Shown here: positions 59,401 to 64,000 of the stretch, in pieces
How positions within the stretch are numbered: position 1 is the stretch's first letter
Layout: every line of letters begins with the position of its first letter
Source: Vitrella brassicaformis CCMP3155
Lineage: Eukaryota > Protista > Chromerida
Assembly (NCBI GenBank): GCA_001179505.1
Contig: CDMY01000061.1
Location: forward strand, 1-64,000
DNA: 64,000 nucleotides
Direction: 5' to 3'
Program-made: the position numbers and the translations under genes
Notes under the pieces: model-generated
What the model was told of the DNA's origin: nothing
Database searches by the model: none
The model's input: only the letters and a program-made list of their open reading frames with translations

Positions 59401-62400
59401 GACAGCATCGGTGTCCAGTGGGGCTTGCTGTAAGAGGTCCATGACCTGCTCGAGAGTAATCACACCGTCCTGCTCTTCGTCAACGAGGATGAAGATAAGT
59501 CGAGCCACGACACTGCGAAGGTCTGCCTCGCTGGCCCCTTCCACGTCAACCAGGGCTTCCATGTCCATGAACAGCGACGACGCGTCCACCCCAACGGTTA
59601 ACATCGCAAACGCCTGTGCCAGGAGGTTGGAGCTCAGGAGGGTGGTGGGGGTGACCTCTGCCCTCATGACCGTTGACAGCGCGTCCTCCAGGGCCGACAT
59701 CACTCGGCTTCCGTAGTGCTCGTCGAGACACAGCGCGAAACGAGTGACGAGCTTGCCGTAGTCGACTCTCATCGCGATGGCCCAGTCAGGGTGTGACTGC
59801 GCAAAAGGGAGCATCACACGCTGATTGAAGATGCGCAGGACGGCAGCAAAAGGCGTCGGAGCCGACAGAAGCCTTTCTCGTGACGACGCCCTCTCCGGCC
59901 GTTTCTTCCTAAGGGCAGTCTGCAGCTCGTCGGCTGTGATGCAGTTGTCCCTCTTGCTGTCGATGAGAGAGAACAGGGTCATGGCGTCACCAATGCTGAT
60001 ACCCATTAGCATCAAGCGATCGACCACGTCGCCCAAGCCAAGCTTTGTCCCAGTTGTCTTCGGGGGAGCGCCGCCGTATGTGGATGTTCGCACATGGGCA
60101 CGCTCAGCGGCCTCGAATGCATCCCTTAGTGAGGCGTAGTGCTGCAGCACAAGGTCACGCAGCTTGTTGACCAGCGCTGCTCTCTCCTCCACTGAGGGCC
60201 TCCGTTCGAGGTCGAACGACGTCTCCGAGGAGAACGAGGACGCCCCTGCATCAACACAACACAGTAGACCAGAACAGGATTGTTGAATGATTGCTTACAC
60301 TGGGCGCAGGCGATGAGATGTCGAGCTTGGTCTCTCGTCAGCTCTCCCTTGCCTTCAACATCCAGTGCTCTGAACACGGTACTGAAACAGCTGTCCGTCG
60401 TCCGTGCGAACACGTTGCAGCGCCTCAGCCACCGATCAATTTCAGCCGAACTGACGGTAGCTGGCGATGTGTCGAGCGAATCAAAGGCCTTTTGGAGCGT
60501 GCCGAATCGGTCAAGCAGCCGACGCCGCAGACAGACAATCACAGCCGACTCTACAGACAGAAGCAACAAATCAACCAACCAACATCGATGGCCTTCGCCC
60601 TATTTGGTCCATGTTGTTGTCGTGTTGTACCTTCACTCTTTGGATCAGGAAAGACAGCCTGCACTCTGCTGTGACTGTCCCCCTTCAGCTGCAAGTCTAG
60701 CAGGTCGTGTAACTCACCCCAGTCACCGATCGCCGCCCACCCAGCGTCAGCCGGGCGGTACACGTACGTATAGCGAGACGCTCTGCGGCCGCTATCGTCA
60801 CCTCTTCGGCCGTTGGTTGGCACAGAGGCTGCCTTTGCTGATGCTATTTGGGTCTGGCGAGGCGCTGATCCGCCCGCGAGCGACTCGAACAGGTCATCTG
60901 CAGGGCTGGTCCCATGCGTGTCTATATGAAGCATTTCAACCCGCACGCCCCACAGCTGCAGAGCGCGGGAGATGGTGGCTGGCGACACGGGAGAGCGGGG
61001 CTGTACGTCCGTTCCAGCATACAACATTCGAAATGCCTCATCAAGGGAGAAGAAACGCACCAGAATGGCCTCTCTCAAAGCTTCCAACGCAGTGCCTGCG
61101 ACGACGCCAGCAAGAAAGGCGCACCCGTAGTGTCTCTAGTCTATGATTGTGTGTCGCCAGACCTTGCGGCAGGATTGCTGACGTCCTGCGCATCGCTTGT
61201 ACAAGCTGGTCGACTGTGACAAGTCCAGAGCGGGAGTCATCCAGGGCCGCCATCAGGTCGGCCACGTCCGCGTCTCCTCGCTTGAAGAGGGCAATGGAGA
61301 GTCGCTGGAGACCCTCAATGGGCATGGGATCATCAACACCGTAGCCAAAGTCTGGTGGGTGGATGTCGACAAGGGAATGTGTGCAATGCATAGACACGGC
61401 GATCAGCCTGCATTCCTGACCTTGAGCGGTGCGTTCAAGTACCGAGGAGGGCTCGCTCGTGGTCAACGTGCTTAGCGAATACTTGAAGCGACGAAGGGAA
61501 GTGGCAGCGCTACCTGATCCGAGAGACGACGTCACACGACGTCAAGAGAATGTCGGCCTGAATCCGTTACCTTCTGAAATCCTATCGCCAGCCGCCTCCC
61601 TGTGGGCCCACAGGGCCCACCGCACCTCGTTCACACTGACACTGCCCTCACTGCCCCGCTGCGCAAGAGCACTCCGCAGCGGCTCAAAGCATCGCGGGAC
61701 AGCCTGTCGTCTCCTCATCTCACTCAGCAGGCTTATGACCGCCCAGCACAATGCATCACGGTCCCATTCTGCCTCTGGCACCTGATCGAGACTTGGGAAG
61801 TAGAGGTGTGGGAGCAAGCCCGACCACTGAGTGCCGTCAATCGGCGCAGACTGCACGCATGTGACAAGATGCCGGCGAGTGGTTGATGAATGCACCATGT
61901 ACCTTTCTGCATCACTTACTGGTTGGAGTCTCGTTTTTGTCTGCAGGTGCTGCATGGCAGCCTCAATGGTGGGATGCCGCTGCAGGATGCGACGACGCAA
62001 CCCCCGCAGCCAAGACACTCCTGGCGTTGTCACACAGACAGACAGACAGACGATTGTGTCTCACGCGCAAGGGCGAGAGTGTGCGTGGGCCCACCTACCT
62101 TGTGAGTGTGTCATTATCCGTGTCTCGCGCACCGGCGGGGCTTCGGCAGCTGCCTGTGCTGCGGGAGGCTCGGCCTTCACGGCCCTGCTAATGCCCCGTC
62201 GTAACTCATCGAAAGTCACAACACCGTTCTGCTTGACATCAAGCTCTCTGAAGAGGCTCGATGCCGCTGCATCGTCGATGTCTCTGTCGAGGTCCAATCG
62301 CTGGAGAGATCGGCAGAACTCTAGCCGCGTCAGCCTGTGGGCAGACGAGCGCCATGACATACGCATGGCATCATCTCTGTCTGGTTCATTCCCTTTCCTC

Positions 62401-63276
62401 TTTGACTCACCGGTCATCAAAGTTCTCATCCATGCGAAGAAACGCCTTGTCGAGTGTGCCGAACCGACGCACAAGAACATCACGCAGCTCGACCAGAGAC
62501 AGAGGAGGGGCTGCAGATGGCGGCTGAGGAGCAGCGACAGGCGAGACGGCAGCTGAGACTGCCGGCGTCTCTCTCGGACGAATGACCCCCTGCTGCTGTG
62601 CCATGGCTTGAGCCCTCTCAAACTGAGACGCCATGTCCTGCTCGCCCCTCCCCCTCGCCGGCACATCATATTGTGGCTCCCCATCTCTGTCCCGGCCCTC
62701 GTCGTGACGATCCACCTCCCCAGCACGCCGACGTGCCCCCACGTCCTCATAGCTCTGGGTGGCCTCCTTACGGAAGGTCATGGGCGCCTCAGGCATTGGG
62801 TGGTAGGGTTCAGATGGCTGTGTTGCGAGGGGCGGCGGGTGAAGCGGCATCTGATAAAGTGGCTGTTGTTGCTGTGCTGGATATGGCTGTTCGTCTGCTG
62901 CTGTGAGTGAGTATGTGGCCTGCGGGGAGTAGGGGGGCGGGGCGGGACCCATGGCTGGGGCAGCGTACGCGGTTGGGGAAGGGAGAGGGGCAGATGGAGG
63001 AACGGGCGGGGGCTGCGAGGGAGGGGGATAAACCGAAGGCTGTATGAGAACAATGTAGAATGACGTTGATGTTGCATCGTGCTCACCACCGCTCACCTGC
63101 ACATCGTGACGGCCTGGGTGGGCGGAGACCGGCCGTCCGTGTGTAGGGGGTGCGGGTCGACCATAAATCTCCCACATGTCCCCCTCGAGGTCCCCCTCGT
63201 CGGCTGAGTCGTCCCACACCTCCGCGATGTCCTCGGGGATGTCGTCCTCAAAATCGTTGTCATACTCACCGGACAT
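53422..63276 (-). CDS. giant multi-EF-hand protein with C-terminal nephrocystin-1 (NPHP1)-like domain
   Basis: Start MSGEYDNDFEDD (63276), a Pro/Gln-rich region, then many EF-hand-like loops (LDVKQNGVVTFDEL, LDDSRSGLVTVDQL, LDVEGKGELTRDQA, IDSKRDNCITADEL, VDEEQDGVITLEQV, LDENGSRTLDREEF, LDRDGSNTIALREL, FDTNNDGAIDSSEL, ADRDGNGRLDAAEI, ADRDRNATVDIDEF) in exons with GT-AG borders. Exons 55560->53422 carry the NPHP1-like motif series (see findings). Confidence 0.75.
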
Positions 63277-63857
63277 GCCGAGCCGGGACTACCAGAAGTA
63301 TAACAGAGAAACAAGCCAAGCAGATCAGGGAAAGTCGTAGACGCTCTTTGAGACAAACACACCCAGATCACTTGACAGTCTCAGAAGTTTGACGTCCAAG
63401 GCAGCTGTTTCAGCGTCTCGTCACGAACACACCTCGAAACACCCAAGGAACACCCTCTTTCTCCTGTGCGTAGAACACTTCATCAATGTTCTTGTTGTGT
63501 AACACTGTTGTGTAACTGTTGCCGCCAAACAGGTTAGTACCTGGATTTGGTGCTTGTTACCTGGATTCGCTGCTTGTTTTGCGGCTGCGAGCGGGGATCC
63601 AGATCCAGTTCAGCTCACTGCGTGGCACACTTTTGCCAGTGCCACAGCGGGTGACGTGGGGGCCGCCTGAGGGCCCCCACCCAGTCTCCAAGTCCGAGTC
63701 GGAAACGCACACGGGAGGACAGAACAGTTCTCAGGGGCCCACGGAGAACCCAGTCTCTTACCCAACAGTCTGTCTGGACCGCCGGCCACTGCAGTAAACG
63801 AAGTCTTCTGTAAGCAAGAGTCTCGAGTCGATGCAGGCAGTTGAGCGTCCTCCCAGC
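63277..63857. promoter_or_regulatory. putative shared promoter region of two divergent ciliary genes
   Basis: 581 bp between divergent ATGs; contains a tandem TGTTGTGTAAC repeat at ~63491-63517. Confidence 0.45.
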
Positions 63858-64000
63858 ATGGTGCCGACGCACCCTCCCCACCTGCCCTTCCTGCCCGGCA
63901 CGTCCTTCAGCGACCCGCGCAAGACCCACCACCCCAAGACACAGACACTCGTCTACTGCACTGACAGCCGGGCCGACAACATCAAGGCTGAGAACATCGC
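63858..64000 (+). CDS. EFHC1: EFHC1/Rib72 (DM10-domain axonemal microtubule inner protein), 5' end only
   Basis: MVPTHPPHLPFLPGTSFSDPRKTHHPKTQTLVY matches the conserved EFHC1/Rib72 N-terminal LPFLPG.SF.D..KT.F.(R/K)(S/T)QTL.Y motif. The frame runs off the window edge, so the DM10 domains are not visible. Confidence 0.8.
   Translation, partial: MVPTHPPHLPFLPGTSFSDPRKTHHPKTQTLVYCTDSRADNIKAENI

Noticed and set aside
63518-63534. GTTGCCGCCAAAC resembling an RFX X-box upstream of ciliary genes
   Set aside because: It is an imperfect, non-palindromic match, and RFX factors are not known from alveolates; probably chance.

Overview
Eukaryotic, intron-rich genomic DNA with GC-rich exons, short microsatellite-filled introns and one 300-N scaffold gap. 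Genome style and bipartite (signal + transit peptide) N-termini suggest a flagellated alveolate with a secondary plastid, most likely the chromerid Vitrella brassicaformis (inference, no search run). About 19 spliced protein-coding genes can be traced by eye; exon boundaries and several start codons are approximate. Recognisable genes: a FAS1 protein, a kinesin-1-type motor, an F-box/LRR protein, a PTC7-like PP2C, a UbiA/UBIAD1-type prenyltransferase, a Tim44-like protein, a core-2/I-branching (DUF266-like) glycosyltransferase, oligoribonuclease, UTP4, pterin-4a-carbinolamine dehydratase and the 5' end of EFHC1/Rib72. Two giant genes stand out. (1) A ~12 kb minus-strand type I membrane protein with a signal peptide, an apparently unnamed Cys-Gly-Cys repeat module, SbsA-like Ig domains, many Sushi domains, CxDG..DCGG repeats, an LNR (Notch) repeat and a SEA-like domain carrying a PGSV autocleavage-type motif. 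(2) A ~10 kb minus-strand protein with a long array of EF-hand pairs fused to a C-terminal region resembling the nephrocystin-1 (NPHP1) homology domain, head-to-head with the ciliary gene EFHC1. Several genes form divergent pairs with only ~115-250 bp between start codons. No rRNA, tRNA, CRISPR or transposon was recognised. All family assignments come from motif recognition from memory, not database searches.
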